A model generated the notes under the pieces. It saw only the letters and a program-made list of their open reading frames with translations, made no database searches and was not told the DNA's origin. A stretch of DNA of 63,207 nt, filler included, from Octopus bimaculoides (lineage: Eukaryota), in assembly GCF_001194135.2 (NCBI RefSeq). It is 3 parts of 3 records of this genome, joined end to end, with 100 filler letters (N's around TTAATTAATTAA, not from the genome) between each part and the next. Parts side by side here need not be neighbours in the genome. Positions count along the whole stretch, not along the records: positions 1 to 31,868 come from NC_068997.1; positions 31,969 to 61,186 come from NC_069003.1; 1 more part is not named here. One strand, 5' to 3'. The first letter of the stretch is position 1, and each line of letters opens with the position of its first letter. The position numbers were made by a program, and so were the translations under genes. Shown one piece after another: positions 23,095 through 36,310 of this stretch.

Positions 23095-23657
23095 CTGCAT
23101 CACCTGCTATACTTCTAATGCTGGAGATGTACTACGGTGTCAGCTGCTCACTACCAGTGACCTAAGGTAACACATCTTATTTTTCGAGCACCTTCCGGCG
23201 TATTCCAGCAGTTCCAAGCAGTGCTGTTTTCTGAAAGTGCTCCACCCTTATTGCAGCCCCTATTTGTTGAGCACTATTTTCATCTACTGGGTTGCTCAGG
23301 TAGTAACACTACATGAACACAGCATTAATTTGCTTACTCCATCTATGCCGTGTGAGGTGGTCCCTTTCCAGAATCTCTAAGCCCGCCGGGTGTACCACTG
23401 TCACCATCAATGGCTTCAGTTTCATTACCACCGTTATTCACAATATTTTGTTTATTCATTGTGACTCTTACGAGGTAGTGATTATCAGGTTGCGCAATTA
23501 CCAGTGTTTTTATTGTGACACCTTCACTAGATGTATCATTAATCAGGACATGGGTAGACTCGGGGAGACTCTACCCACTCCTTTCATTATCATTATTATT
23601 ATCATCACTAATATCAATGGTATTATTATTTGGGCCTCAGATTCCTGTGCTATCAAA
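23095..23657 (-). mobile_element. Non-autonomous bipartite R4/Dong derivative (5' end fused to 3' end)
   Basis: 23268-23657 matches the 5' region of the long copy (28175-28527 plus 30583-30728). 23095-23267 matches the RLE-terminal/3' UTR segment at 42262-42430. Confidence 0.8.
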
Positions 23658-23679
23658 TTATTATTATTATTATTTATGT

Positions 23680-23840
23680 TTATCACAGGTTTTGTTGGAC
23701 ATCCTAGAGTCTTACATACGTAGCGGGCTTGCTACCTGCAGCCTACGGTACTATGCTATCTATTCTTTTCAGCTAATACTTTCCTGATTGTTCTGGCCGT
23801 GCCAACGCGGCAAATCTTTTGTAACAGTTCTACTGGGCAC
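23680..23840 (-). mobile_element. R4/Dong-like 3' end (different subfamily) ending at a (TAA)n tract
   Basis: Minus strand reads PVELLQKICRVGTARTIRKVLAEKNR*. Confidence 0.6.
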
Positions 23841-23879
23841 TCTTTTCATAAATTATCATCATCATCATCATCATCATTA

Positions 23880-24580
23880 TTAGGGAATAAGATATTTAGA
23901 GTTGTGAAACGTATGCTGAGAGATACAAGGTTAAGTATGAAAGTGAAAAGAAGTGTGTATGAGGGTATGATTGTGCCGACAATGTTATATGGTGCAGAGA
24001 TGTGGGGGATGAGTGAAGTGGAAAGGAGGCGACTAGATGTGATTGAGATGAGATGTCTAAGTACTAGGGTGAGTGTGACACGGATGGACAGGATGAGGTG
24101 TGAAGGTGAGAAGGAATGAGAGATTAAGAACCAAAATGGCTAGACGACTGTTCAGGTGGTTTGGCCACACACTAAGGATTGATGAGGAGCGGATGGTAAG
24201 AAGGGTGATGAAGACAGAAGTGGTAGGCAGCAGAACCAGAGGCAGACCTTTGTGTGGATGGATGGATGAACTGAGGAAAGCTTTGGTGGTTAGGGGTGTT
24301 AGAGTGAGTGAGGCAAGAGTGTATATAAATGATAGGAAAGCTTGGAGAGTGTTTGTGAACAAATGAGTGAATCTGATGTTGCTCAAGGGGTATGGAACCA
24401 GCATGATGCGGCAGGGGTAAACCAGCATATGCTGTCGCTGCTGATATTGGGGGTTGAGTTCTGTGCCTTCACTCGAACACAGAACGGGACTCACCTCTTT
24501 GAGGTGGGAAATGAATGGGATGCCTGGTGTGAGTCTTGTTGTGGCTACCCCTGCTAAAAAATGGGGAATAGGCCTGGGTA
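23880..24580 (+). mobile_element. RTE-clade LINE 3' fragment
   Basis: LSMKVKRSVYEGMIVPTMLYGAEMW...IEMRCL...RLFRWFGHTLRIDEERMVRRV...RTRGRPLCGWMD...DRKAWR. Confidence 0.88.
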
Positions 24581-25464
24581 TATATATATATATATATATA
24601 TATNNNNNNNNNNNNNNNNNNNNNNNNNNNNNNNNNNNNNNNNNNNNNNNNNNNNNNNNNNNNNNNNNNNNNNNNNNNNNNNNNNNNNNNNNNNNNNNNN
24701 NNNNNNNNNNNNNNNNNNNNNNNNNNNNNNNNNNNNNNNNNNNNNNNNNNNNNNNNNNNNNNNNNNNNNNNNNNNNNNNNNNNNNNNNNNNNNNNNNNNN
24801 NNNNNNNNNNNNNNNNNNNNNNNNNNNNNNNNNNNNNNNNNNNNNNNNNNNNNNNNNNNNNNNNNNNNNNNNNNNNNNNNNNNNNNNNNNNNNNNNNNNN
24901 NNNNNNNNNNNNNNNNNNNNNNNNNNNNNNNNNNNNNNNNNNNNNNNNNNNNNNNNNNNNNNNNNNNNNNNNNNNNNNNNNNNNNNNNNNNNNNNNNNNN
25001 NNNNNNNNNNNNNNNNNNNNNNNNNNNNNNNNNNNNNNNNNNNNNNNNNNNNNNNNNNNNNNNNNNNNNNNNNNNNNNNNNNNNNNNNNNNNNNNNNNNN
25101 NNNNNNNNNNNNNNNNNNNNNNNNNNNNNNNNNNNNNNNNNNNNNNNNNNNNNNNNNNNNNNNNNNNNNNNNNNNNNNNNNNNNNNNNNNNNNNNNNNNN
25201 NNNNNNNNNNNNNNNNNNNNNNNNNNNNNNNNNNNNNNNNNNNNNNNNNNNNNNNNNNNNNNNNNNNNNNNNNNNNNNNNNNNNNNNNNNNNNNNNNNNN
25301 NNNNNNNNNNNNNNNNNNNNNNNNNNNNNNNNNNNNNNNNNNNNNNNNNNNNNNNNNNNNNNNNNNNNNNNNNNNNNNNNNNNNNNNNNNNNNNNNNNNN
25401 NNNNNNNNNNNNNNNNNNNNNNNNNNNNNNNNNNNNNNNNNNNNNNNNNNNNNNNNNNNNNNNN

Positions 25465-28400
25465 NTAAGACTGCTTTTTGTAAGAGATTAATCTTGCATG
25501 AGATTTACGGTTGCCTTAAGGAGTTTTAAGTTTCGATAGGATTGCGTCCAGCGCTCCGATCCCCACTGGTATCACTTTTACATTACCCTCTCACACTCCA
25601 TACAGTCTTGCCATTTCCACTTTAAATTCGGAGTACTTGGTGATTTTTTCAACCTCTTTACTCACAACATACATGTCATTTGGTATTATTGGTAGCGCAG
25701 ATTAGAGCCTCTGTTTCCGGTTTTAAATCACTTTTAGTCATCCACAGCCATTTTTTTCTCCGTCTGTCTTATTTTTAACATCCTTATGAAATTGGTCATG
25801 CATTCTTTTCTTTACCCACCTATTTTCAGTTTCATTCGTTTTCATTTTCTTGTACAGTGCTTTATCTTTGCGATCTTTCTTACACACGCCTGACTTTCTT
25901 ACTTTTAATAATAGCGGTTCTGTGACATTTTTTACATACCATGCTACGTTGTTTTCTTCAGCCCTAATTCTGTGTTCTCATCCAATAAGTACTCTTCCTC
26001 CACTTTTTCTTGGTGCATACAGTCTGTCTGTGTCACTATTTGGGGTGGAGTGCCCCCATATCTAGTTAGCAACTTCCTTGTCTTTCTGTCTAGGCTGTTT
26101 AGTTCGTCTAGTGTCCATGCGATTACCCCTGCTCCATATCCAAGGAGTAAAATCACCCAGGTGTTGACAGCTTCGATCTTATTCCGTCCGTTTAATTTCG
26201 ACTGCGCAAGTACTCCACCTTAAATTTTTCTGTCATTTCTTTCTCCATCAATTTATCCATTTCCAAAATCTCCAAGTACTTATATCCCGTCTATCTGCTT
26301 CATAACCTCCCCGACGGTATTTTTAGCCCGTCTATACATTTGATTTTGCCTCTCTTCAAAACTAACTCACCACACTTTCTCAGTCCAAACTCCATTCTGA
26401 TATCAGCACTGAAAGTATACAACGTATCAATGAGGGAACTGAATTGGGCTTCACCTTTACCATACAGTTTGAGGTTATCCATGAATAACAAATGGTGGAC
26501 TTTTTGTTGGAGGCTTTTGAATACATACCCAGGTTTTGCTTTCCTCAGAATCAGTGTTAGTGGTATCAAGCAAAGTACAAAGATCAGTGGGGACAGGCAG
26601 TCCACTTGGAAGATGCCCCTCCTAATTTCCACTGTCCCTAAACTTCTTCCGTATGCTGTCAGGTCTGTCTTCCAATTCGCCATACATTCCAAGTAATCGC
26701 TCAACATTCGATGCAATACCAAATAGGTTCATACACACCATAATCCAAGAATGTGGGATCATATCGTACGCCTTACGATAGTCGATCCATGACAAGTTAC
26801 TTTTACTTCTCTTGTAGTCTCTACGAACAGTTTTATCTATCAGGAGTTGATCATTTGTACCTCTGCACTTACTTTTGCAATCTTTCTGCTCATGTGTCAG
26901 AACTCCATTTTTTTCCAGATATTCGTACATTGATTCTGCGAGCATTCCAGTCAATAACTTCCACATAAGTGGCAAAGAGGATTTTGGTCTGTAATTGTCT
27001 ACCGTATTGCCTTTTTCAATGTTTTTCAAGTACAGCACTGTCCTACCCAATATCAACTACTCTGGTGTTACTTGGTCGGCATTTAACAAGGTGTTGAGTT
27101 GCGCAGCTATTCGTGATCCAGTGGCCGTGATCTCATCTCATCCCAGGGCCTTCCAGTTGCTCATTTTTTGCTTGATTTCTTTCACTTCCCTTATTAAAAT
27201 GACTAGTTCTGCCTGTTTTGGAAGACAACTGTTTGTTTCAGTTCTTGCAATCATTCAGCATCCTTCTTGTGCTCCTAGTCTTTGCTCCAGATGTCACTGC
27301 AAAACCTTTGACTTACTTCCATTGTTATCTGGTATCAACTTTTCATCTGTACACTCTCCATTTATTTCTTTATAGAATCTCTTCTGATCTACTCTGAATA
27401 ACCTATTCAGGTGGTAACCCTTCATTCTTTGGTTGTGTGGTACTATCTTTGCTACGAGGCGCTGTTTCAGTTCCTCCATTACTACTTTCAGACCCTTTCT
27501 TTCACTATTACACTTCCTTTTCAGTGCCCTGTATTTTTGTTTGCTTTTAAGCTCCCCGTCCTCTTTTCGGTCTAACACAGAGATTTCCTTCGAGAGTATT
27601 CTTCTTTTTCACCGTGGATCTTTTCTTTTGTCATTCCCATTATGTTTCTTTTTCTTGACATCAACACCCACGTATTCTGCTACAACAATACTTGCAGCGT
27701 TGATAAAATTATTTGTTTCTGTGATATTTGTTCTGATATAGTTTAGAATTTCATTGACATTTTTCGTTTCTTGGTTCAATTTCCATCGATCATTGTTTTT
27801 AAGGTTGCAAATAATATCGCTATAGTTCTCCTGTTGTCTTACCTTTATTCTGTCATAGATTTCCTGTTATTCATTTGTGATGTCGCTATTAGTTTTGTTG
27901 TCTTCTTTTAGATCATCTCTATGTCCCCCATCAAGTAAGCTACCACTGCTCCTTTCCTGTGCTATGAGATTACTCTTCTTAGTAAGAACTGTATTTTCAT
28001 CGTTATCTCTGCTGCTATTTTCCAATACACGTCTTTTGATAGCTTTGAGCTCTACTTCTGCGAACCAACGATTTTTTATTATTGCTCTAATTTGATCACA
28101 TAGTCTCTGTTCCGTGAGTTCAAACAATCCCTTTTCTCTCCATGATCATACATAAATTCTCGGTAATCCCTAATTTGAGCACCATTTTCATCTGCTGGGC
28201 TGCTCAAGTAGTAACACTCCAAGACCACAGCATTAGTTTGCTTGCTCCGTCTACGCCGTGTGTGGTGATCCCTTTCTGGATATCGACATGCTGGAGCCGG
28301 ACAAGAATCTCTGAGCCTGCTGGGTGTACCACTGTCACCATCATTGGCTTCAGTTTCATTACCACCGTTATTCACAATATTTTGTTTCTTCATTGTCACC

Positions 28401-30728
28401 CATATGAGGTAGCGATTATCAGGTTGCGCAATTACCAGTGTTTTTATTGTGACACCATCACTAGATGTATCATTAATCAGTCCATGGGGTTGGGGGACTC
28501 CACGAGTTTCCTTTCATTATTATTATTTGTGGAAGGAGCGTGTCTGCCTATGCCGACGACGTTACCGTGATGGTGTCGAGCCACAGGCATATCGACCTGA
28601 TTGGCGAGACACTAAACGAGTATGAAGCGAAAATTAACGCGGAAAAGTCAATGGGCTTGCAACTAGGCACCTGGAGGGGCAAGACCATGCCGTCCAACAG
28701 CGTCGTAGGGCGCTGGACAGACGGACCCGTTAAACTGCTCGGGGTCTGGTTCGGTCCGGACCTCTAGTTGGAGATAAACTGGGAAGAAGTGACGAACAGG
28801 GTGGCCAACCTCACCCAGAAATGGGCTGAGAGGAAGCTCTCCATGAAAGGTCGAGCGGAGGTGGCGAATGCGTACATCGCATCCGTCATCTATTACCGTT
28901 TGACCGTCGTCCCTTGTCCCGACCGCTGGTTAACCAAGATAGTACGCTTGCTCTTCAACTTTTTGTGAAAGGGTCAGGNNNNNNNNNNNNNNNNNNNNNN
29001 NNNNNNNNNNNNNNNNNNNNNNNNNNNNNNNNNNNNNNNNNNNNNNNNNNNNNNNNNNNNNNNNNNNNNNNNNNNNNNNNNNNNNNNNNNNNNNNNNNNN
29101 NNNNNNNNNNNNNNNNNNNNNNNNNNNNNNNNNNNNNNNNNNNNNNNNNNNNNNNNNNNNNNNNNNNNNNNNNNNNNNNNNNNNNNNNNNNNNNNNNNNN
29201 NNNNNNNNNNNNNNNNNNNNNNNNNNNNNNNNNNNNNNNNNNNNNNNNNNNNNNNNNNNNNNNNNNNNNNNNNNNNNNNNNNNNNNNNNNNNNNNNNNNN
29301 NNNNNNNNNNNNNNNNNNNNNNNNNNNNNNNNNNNNNNNNNNNNNNNNNNNNNNNNNNNNNNNNNNNNNNNNNNNNNNNNNNNNNNNNNNNNNNNNNNNN
29401 NNNNNNNNNNNNNNNNNNNNNNNNNNNNNNNNNNNNNGCTGAACGGAGGCCTTGGCATGCCGTGGTTGCTGATGCGCAAACATGCGCTCAGGCTACGACA
29501 TCTCAAGCGTTTCGTGGACGGTGAACAGGTGTGGTCGCCTTTCGTCAGACGCAAATTTCCGCAGCTCGTTTCTTTAATAGAGCTGCAATCCTGGATCAAA
29601 CGTAAACCGAGAAAGGGCGCTTGGCACCTCGAGTGCCGCCAAGCTCTCACCGCCCTCAGTCAGGCGGGCAGTGCGATCGGTAGTAGCTCCACTCTAGCGT
29701 TCTATAGAGGGTTAGTGGGAGAAAAGTGCGACGACGTTCTCGGGGAAACTCTAGGNNNNNNNNNNNNNNNNNNNNNNNNNNNNNNNNNNNNNNNNNNNNN
29801 NNNNNNNNNNNNNNNNNNNNNNNNNNNNNNNNNNNNNNNNNNNNNNNNNNNNNNNNNNNNNNNNNNNNNNNNNNNNNNNNNNNNNNNNNNNNNNNNNNNN
29901 NNNNNNNNNNNNNNNNNNNNNNNNNNNNNNNNNNNNNNNNNNNNNNNNNNNNNNNNNNNNNNNNNNNNNNNNNNNNNNNNNNNNNNNNNNNNNNNNNNNN
30001 NNNNNNNNNNNNNNNNNNNNNNNNNNNNNNNNNNNNNNNNNNNNNNNNNNNNNNNNNNNNNNNNNNNNNNNNNNNNNNNNNNNNNNNNNNNNNNNNNNNN
30101 NNNNNNNNNNNNNNNNNNNNNNNNNNNNNNNNNNNNNNNNNNNNNNNNNNNNNNNNNNNNNNNNNNNNNNNNNNNNNNNNNNNNNNNNNNNNNNNNNNNN
30201 NNNNNNNNNNNNNNNNNNNNNNNNNNNNNNNNNNNNNNNNNNNNNNNNNNNNNNNNNNNNNNNNNNNNNNNNNNNNNNNNNNNNNNNNNNNNNNNNNNNN
30301 NNNNNNNNNNNNNNNNNNNNNNCTTTCTTAGTTTTTCTGACCAGGCTCCCGTGGTTTTATGGGTTTTTCCACGTGTAACCTTTCCTTTTTCGAAGCGCCT
30401 CCCCCTTTGGGAGTTCTACTTATTTATTTATCTATTTATTTATTATATCTTTTCTCCATTTTCTTCCTCTGTTTAGACGAACTTTCCTACCTTTTCGGAC
30501 AAAACCTTTTGTAACCTTCGTCCTGTCTTTGTCCTTACATGTCTTTAATTGATATTAGCCCTTGTGGCCAATAAAACGAATTAATTATTATTATTATTAT
30601 CATCACTGATATCACTGATATTATTGTTTTTCTCTGTAGTAGCCACAATAGTGGCAGCAACAGCACGAGTAGCAGGGGTGGGGGTAGTGGTAAGGGTGAT
30701 AGTTGGGCCTCACATTCCTGTGCTATCA
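25465..30728 (-). mobile_element. R4/Dong-like (restriction-like endonuclease) LINE, near full length, decayed, interrupted by a Tx1 insertion at 28528-30582
   Basis: [116 protein letters not shown]. The CCHC/PD region is deleted near 25690. Confidence 0.88.
28528..30582 (+). mobile_element. L1/Tx1-like LINE, 5'-truncated 3' half
   Basis: SAYADDVTV, KINAEKS, VKLLGVWFG, RKLSMKGR, NGGLGMP; 3' UTR ends gcccttgtggccaataaaacgaatt. High GC/CpG suggests a young copy. Confidence 0.9.
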
Positions 30729-31222
30729 TAATAGTAGTAATTGTAGTATTAGCAGCTGCAGCTTATTATTATTTTTATTTTTACTATTAACACCATCACC
30801 ACCACTACCTTTGTTATTATTGGTATTACTACTTCCATTTATTATTAATAAATTTTACTAAATGTTCTTTATTTTCAACTTTTGACTTGAGATAATCACA
30901 GATATGTGATTGTTGAAGGGAATAGTTGGGTAGGAGTGTGGTGAATAGATCGTGTTCTACAGGACTATAAATAGATTCGGCAGACGGTGGGGAGGTCAGC
31001 CATAGAGACAAACGGAAATTTCGCACCCTTTGGGTTAGCAGCGGTCAAATATGTTTACTACTACCAGTGACCACTGAGAGCGCTCCTTCGACCTTGAATA
31101 GAAGCAATTCAGCCTGTTCTGTTTGTAATGACTGGTAGAAAAAAAACCCAATAATATACATACACATACACACACACACATGCACACTCACACACACACG
31201 CACACACACACACATACACACA

Positions 31223-31268
<46 letters not shown>

Positions 31269-31422
31269 CTGATATTCATGTCGTTGAATCTTTGAATTTC
31301 TGAATCCAACTGTGTTGTGACAATAAAAGGTGTGCTTACATATATTAAAATTTTAAAGTTTTCTTGTGATGTTCGTTTGCCTGTCCAGTTGGAGAATACA
31401 GTAAGACTTTTGCAATGAAAAG

Positions 31423-31569
31423 GATGTTTACATTTTCGAATACTCAGCGGGAGTCAAAGAGAAAAGAAAAGGAGTTGTAGATAGTAAAGTTTTGTATGAC
31501 CGCACAGAGAGAAATGGTATTGTTCTTAGAATAATAATGAGTATGATGTTTACATTTTCGAATACTCAG
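31423..31569. repeat. Perfect 25-bp direct repeat (gatgtttacattttcgaatactcag), 122 bp apart
   Basis: Copies at 31423-31447 and 31545-31569. Confidence 0.9.
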
Positions 31570-31599
31570 GGAGAAAAGAAAGGATAGGTATACACAGTA

Positions 31600-31864
31600 T
31601 GTTATGTTTCCCTCGGACTGACTCGCAGAGATAACATAACGAGTTATACAGTTTAATTATTACATTTATTGTTCAATTACATACAAAGAACGCACTCACC
31701 CAATGTTCGTTATGAATAAACAAAAGTCATGTCCGCCATATATATATCAATGACATTTTACTACGACAGTCCCACAAGACAACAACAATGAAACAATGAA
31801 CTCAGACGAACCACATGACACACGGAACGTCAGACGAATTACATATCTAACAGTCCATATAACA
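31600..31864 (-). mobile_element. Solo LTR (265 bp) with probable 5-bp TSD
   Basis: Termini TGTTAT...ATAACA. Left flank CAGTA (31595-31599); right flank CAGT then gap. TATA followed by AATAAA on the minus strand. Confidence 0.8.
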
Positions 31865-31868
31865 CAGT

Positions 31869-31968
31869 NNNNNNNNNNNNNNNNNNNNNNNNNNNNNNNN
31901 NNNNNNNNNNNNTTAATTAATTAANNNNNNNNNNNNNNNNNNNNNNNNNNNNNNNNNNNNNNNNNNNN
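31869..31968. other. Artificial scaffold linker 44N-TTAATTAATTAA-44N
   Basis: Six-frame stop 12-mer centred in exactly 100 bp; identical at 61187-61286. Confidence 0.95.
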
Positions 31969-33625
31969 GGTGTAGGTGGTGGTGTAGGTGGTGGAGGTGG
32001 TGGTGGTGGAGGTGGTGGTGGTGGAGGTGGTGGTAGTGTTGGGGATGTGTTAGAAAATTTGACAATGTGGGTAATTTAATGATGGTATATTAAATAAACC
32101 CTCAACACACACACATTAACATACCACACACATGTATACACACATACATTCAAATTCAATACATGCATACAAACACATATGCATGTTTGTATACACACAT
32201 GTATACATACACACAATCATATATGCACAAATACATACACACACATATGCATACACAAACTAATATGCATACCACATATATGCACACATACATTCAAAAA
32301 GACACACAGACAAAATAAAATTCTTTATCTCTGTGTTTCAGTGAAAATTTATCAATGAAAGAATTTCAGTGAAATGTTGACTGGAGTCAATCGAGTGTGA
32401 CATACTTGTGACCACTCATGTGGATTGGAATGTCTGGGTGTGTTTGTATATATGTTTGTATGTATGCATCTGTTAGAATGTGTAGGTATGCGTGCATGTG
32501 AGTATGTGCATGTGTGTATGTGTGTCTTGTCATATATGTGTGTGTGTATTTGTGTGTATTGTGTGTATACATATGCATGTGTGTATTGTATGTGTGTATT
32601 GTATGTGTGTATTGTGTGTATACACATACATATATCTATATCCATCTATCTATCTATCTATCTACTTATATATATATATATNNNNNNNNNNNNNNNNNNN
32701 NNNNNNNNNNNNNNNNNNNNNNNNNNNNNNNNNNNNNNNNNNNNNNNNNNNNNNNNNNNNNNNNNNNNNNNNNNNNNNNNNTATATATATATATATATAT
32801 ATATTTGTATGTAAACATATGTATATACATATGTATATATACATAACCATCTGTCTGTATATCTCTCTATCTGTATATATATGAGTGTGTGTGTGTGTGT
32901 GTGTGTGTGCACACAGTGCATGTGTGTGCATTTGTGTAAGTGTAGTGTTTGTGGTGATATATAGTTGTGTCAGGTATATAAACAATACAAGCTATAAAAT
33001 CTTTCTCAGGGGAAATAACTGAAATGAGCCAATGGCATGAATTTGCTGAAGTAAGTTTAATGAGGTAATTTACTGAAGATTGTTTGTAAAAATAATTAAT
33101 TTAAGTCTTCTCTTTCAGTTGAAGAAAGAAAGCTAAAACAATAATTGGGAGTAAATTTCAGAGATTAAGATCTTGAAATTATCTCTCCTTGTCTTTGACA
33201 AGTGTTTTTTTTTTTTTTTTTAAATAATTTTTTTTTTATCCTTTTTCAATTTAGGGAAATATTAATTGGAATGTTTTTTAAACAAAAAAATTGCTGCAAA
33301 GCTGCATGATAATTGTGTCAGATATAGCATGCAAACCATCATTTAACTTGCTTGATGCATGCATATTATTTCTATTCTTCTCTTCCATTTTAGAAATCCA
33401 ATGTGCACATGTGCATTGCATGTTCATTACTTCTCTGTCCAGTTCCTACACAAAACTGTTTACAGATCACAACCGCCTAATAGACCTGAGGTCGTTAGGA
33501 CAGCTTTGCCCTCTGATGGATGTGGAAAAATTGTATTCAGTACATCAGCCATTTAATTATCCCCATTCATGCCATTGGTCTATTTTATTTATCACTCTTT
33601 ACTCATTTCTTATATTTTACTTGCT

Positions 33626-33828
33626 TCAGTCATTAGACTGTGGCCATGCTGGGGCACCACTGTCAAAACTTTTTTGTTGAATGAGTCAACCCAGTACTAT
33701 TTTTTCATTATGATTGGTACTTAGTCTATTTGTCTCTTTTGCCAAACTACTAAGTTATAGGGACATAGACACACCAACACCAGTTGTCAAGTAGAGGCGG
33801 GAGACGAACACTGACACAAAGACACACA

Positions 33829-33898
<70 letters not shown>

Positions 33899-34050
33899 CA
33901 GTGGGCTTCTTTCACTTTCTGTCTCCAAATCCACTCAAAAGGCTTTGGGTAGCCTGAGGCTATAGTAGAACACACATGCCCCAGGTGCCATGCAGTGGGA
34001 CTGAACCCCGTACCATGTGGTTGGGAAGCAAGCTTCTTACCATACAGTCA
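33626..34050 (-). mobile_element. SINE family A, diverged full length
   Basis: Tail cagtcattagactgtggccatgctgg, internal TA/TG microsatellite, head gggactgaaccc...cttcttaccatacagtcac. Confidence 0.85.
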
Positions 34051-34629
34051 CATATGTGCCATGTTTAACTATGCAAGCTATATTTTTCTCTTTTTGAAAC
34101 CACTTTGTCAACTTCAAAAAGGCTTCAATTAATATTGATGAGATACAATAGAACCGAAACACGTTTGCTTTTTGTCCTCCTGGGAATCAAGATCAAACTT
34201 CTCTCTGTACATGTAAGTTAACTGTAAGAAACTACTTTATTTCTCCAAATTATCTCCCTTTGTCCTTGAGACTCACCAACAATTAATGAAACTTTATTTA
34301 AATTAAAATTTCCTTTGTCAATTCTATTGATTACACTAATTACTATACATTAAATGATTGAGGGACTGTACTCTAAAGGAACATCTGTGCTCTATATAAT
34401 AGTCAAAACATTTCAAACAGCTGAATTATGCATATGTGTGTGGTGGTGGTGGTGGGGTCAAGTGTATCTGTTGTTTGTGTGTGTATTGTGTGTATGTGTA
34501 CGTGTGTGTTGTGTGTGTGTACCAGTCTAGAGCAGTGCATCCATTTATGCTCATTTCTGTTACATTCATCAACACACATACATACACACATGTACTAGAA
34601 AGAAAAAAAGTGCATAGTGCACTTTATAA

Positions 34630-34790
34630 AGTGGTTGGCATTAGGAAGTGTATCCAGCCATAGAGACCATAGCAAAGCAGACTGTAGACCATCATGTAGT
34701 CTTTGGACCTGTTAGATCTGGTTAAGCCTGTTAGATCCAGTGCATGCCAGCATGGAAGCTGGACATTAAAAGAGCATGATGATGATAAGG
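34630..34790 (+). mobile_element. Diverged RTE-tail type retroposon 3' end
   Basis: gtggttggcattaggaag...catgccagcatggaagctggacattaaa followed by (GAT)n; related to 38968-39300. Confidence 0.6.
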
Positions 34791-36276
34791 ATGATAATGA
34801 TGATAATAATGATGATGTCATGGTGATGGTGATGACAATGATGCTACATGAAATAAAGCTCTCTATTGGTAGTTTATTAGTTGAATTTAAATCATGGAAT
34901 ATTTTACATAAATTTATTATTTCAAACACATCGGCTATATTATTATACAACTATAAAGATTTCTATCTTTTTATTTTAATTTTTTTTAAGATTTTAATTG
35001 CCTTAATTTCATTTATGGAATAACTCACTATGAAGTGAAACAATAGAAACAGACTCACAATAAAATGAAACAATGAACATACATGTACACAAACAGCCAT
35101 ACAATTTGACAGAGTCATTCCCCCTTCTCCTCTTCATCAACATCATTCTCATTTTACAGTCCTTCTTTCCATACTCGCATAAGCAAGACAAGTGCTGTTG
35201 GAACAGGTTTTCCTATGGTTGTGTGTTGTGTGTGTGGGGGGGGGGAAGCGAGAGAGAGAAAGAGTGAGAGACAACACGTGTGCATGTGTGCAAGTATGTA
35301 TGTATGCAAGAGATATGGCATGTATGTATATCCTTTATATATATGTGTGCGTATAAGTATAGTGTGCGTTTTTGCGCTAGTGTAGTTTTATTTTACACAT
35401 TGATGTCTGTATGAAGGAATATGTGAGTTCAAATTAGTTACAAACAATGCTCTATCTGGTTCTACTTTTCCCCTTTTTATCCTTTCATCTTGCCCCCTTT
35501 CTCTTCTCTCCTCTTGCTTTATCTTCTTTAAGTCATCAACACCCTATCTTGTATTCTACATTCCCACTATGGTGCCTTTGCGTTTTTTTTTGTTTTTTTC
35601 AGCTTTACAATCGTTGAGGAAAACTATTAATTACCTAAAGCCCCCCTATACATCTATACAGTTAACAAACTACACCTATTCTAACCTTGCTGAAGTTATT
35701 TTTAACCAAAGCACTAGTTTGATTACTTGGCCAATTCCTTTTTCCATTTCCATTTCAACTGCAGAAATGTAAAAAATGTTTTCCAGTTTATTTTGGTGAA
35801 TTCATTATGGCAAAGGATTTCTAAGTGTCACATGACAATTACCTGATGAGAAAGAACACTAAATAATTATGAAGCACCTTAAAGTTACATAACATGCATT
35901 TCGTGCACCTTTTGAAACATGTGTTGTACATAACTACCTATTCCATTCCTTTTGTTCACAGATTTAATTATTGCATAATAAGCAACCATTGTTACTATAT
36001 ACTGGAGTTGTGTAGTACAGTCATCTTAGAATTTCTGTCTAGTCTCAATATGGGATAAAAATGTATTGGATACTTTGATTAAAAAAATTAATTAATTGAT
36101 TATCATCTCCATATATATATTATTGATAACACCTAGAAGATGCTTTCCATTCACCAAAGTGAATGGAGCTTTGGAAAGGAGTAACTGATGTTATCAGGTG
36201 GTATCCAATAATCATCAGGTGTTTCAACTCTGAACTGGTGAATAATTATATATATATGTATGTATGTATGTATGTA

Positions 36277-36310
<34 letters not shown>

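Noticed and set aside
29500-29552. Minus-strand CTGACGA...GAAA
   Set aside because: Inside Tx1 coding sequence with no stem II; chance match.
32352-32985. Multiple Cys/Val/His/Thr-rich ORFs here and at 36163-36844, 40967-41207, 43570-45552 and 60251-62667
   Set aside because: Translations of (TG)n, (CA)n, (TA)n, (GGT)n microsatellites and N gaps.
36125-36240. Hairpin ccattcac-caaa-gtgaatgg with nearby ctagaaga/ctgatga
   Set aside because: Core spacing is wrong on both strands; cannot be folded as an HHR.
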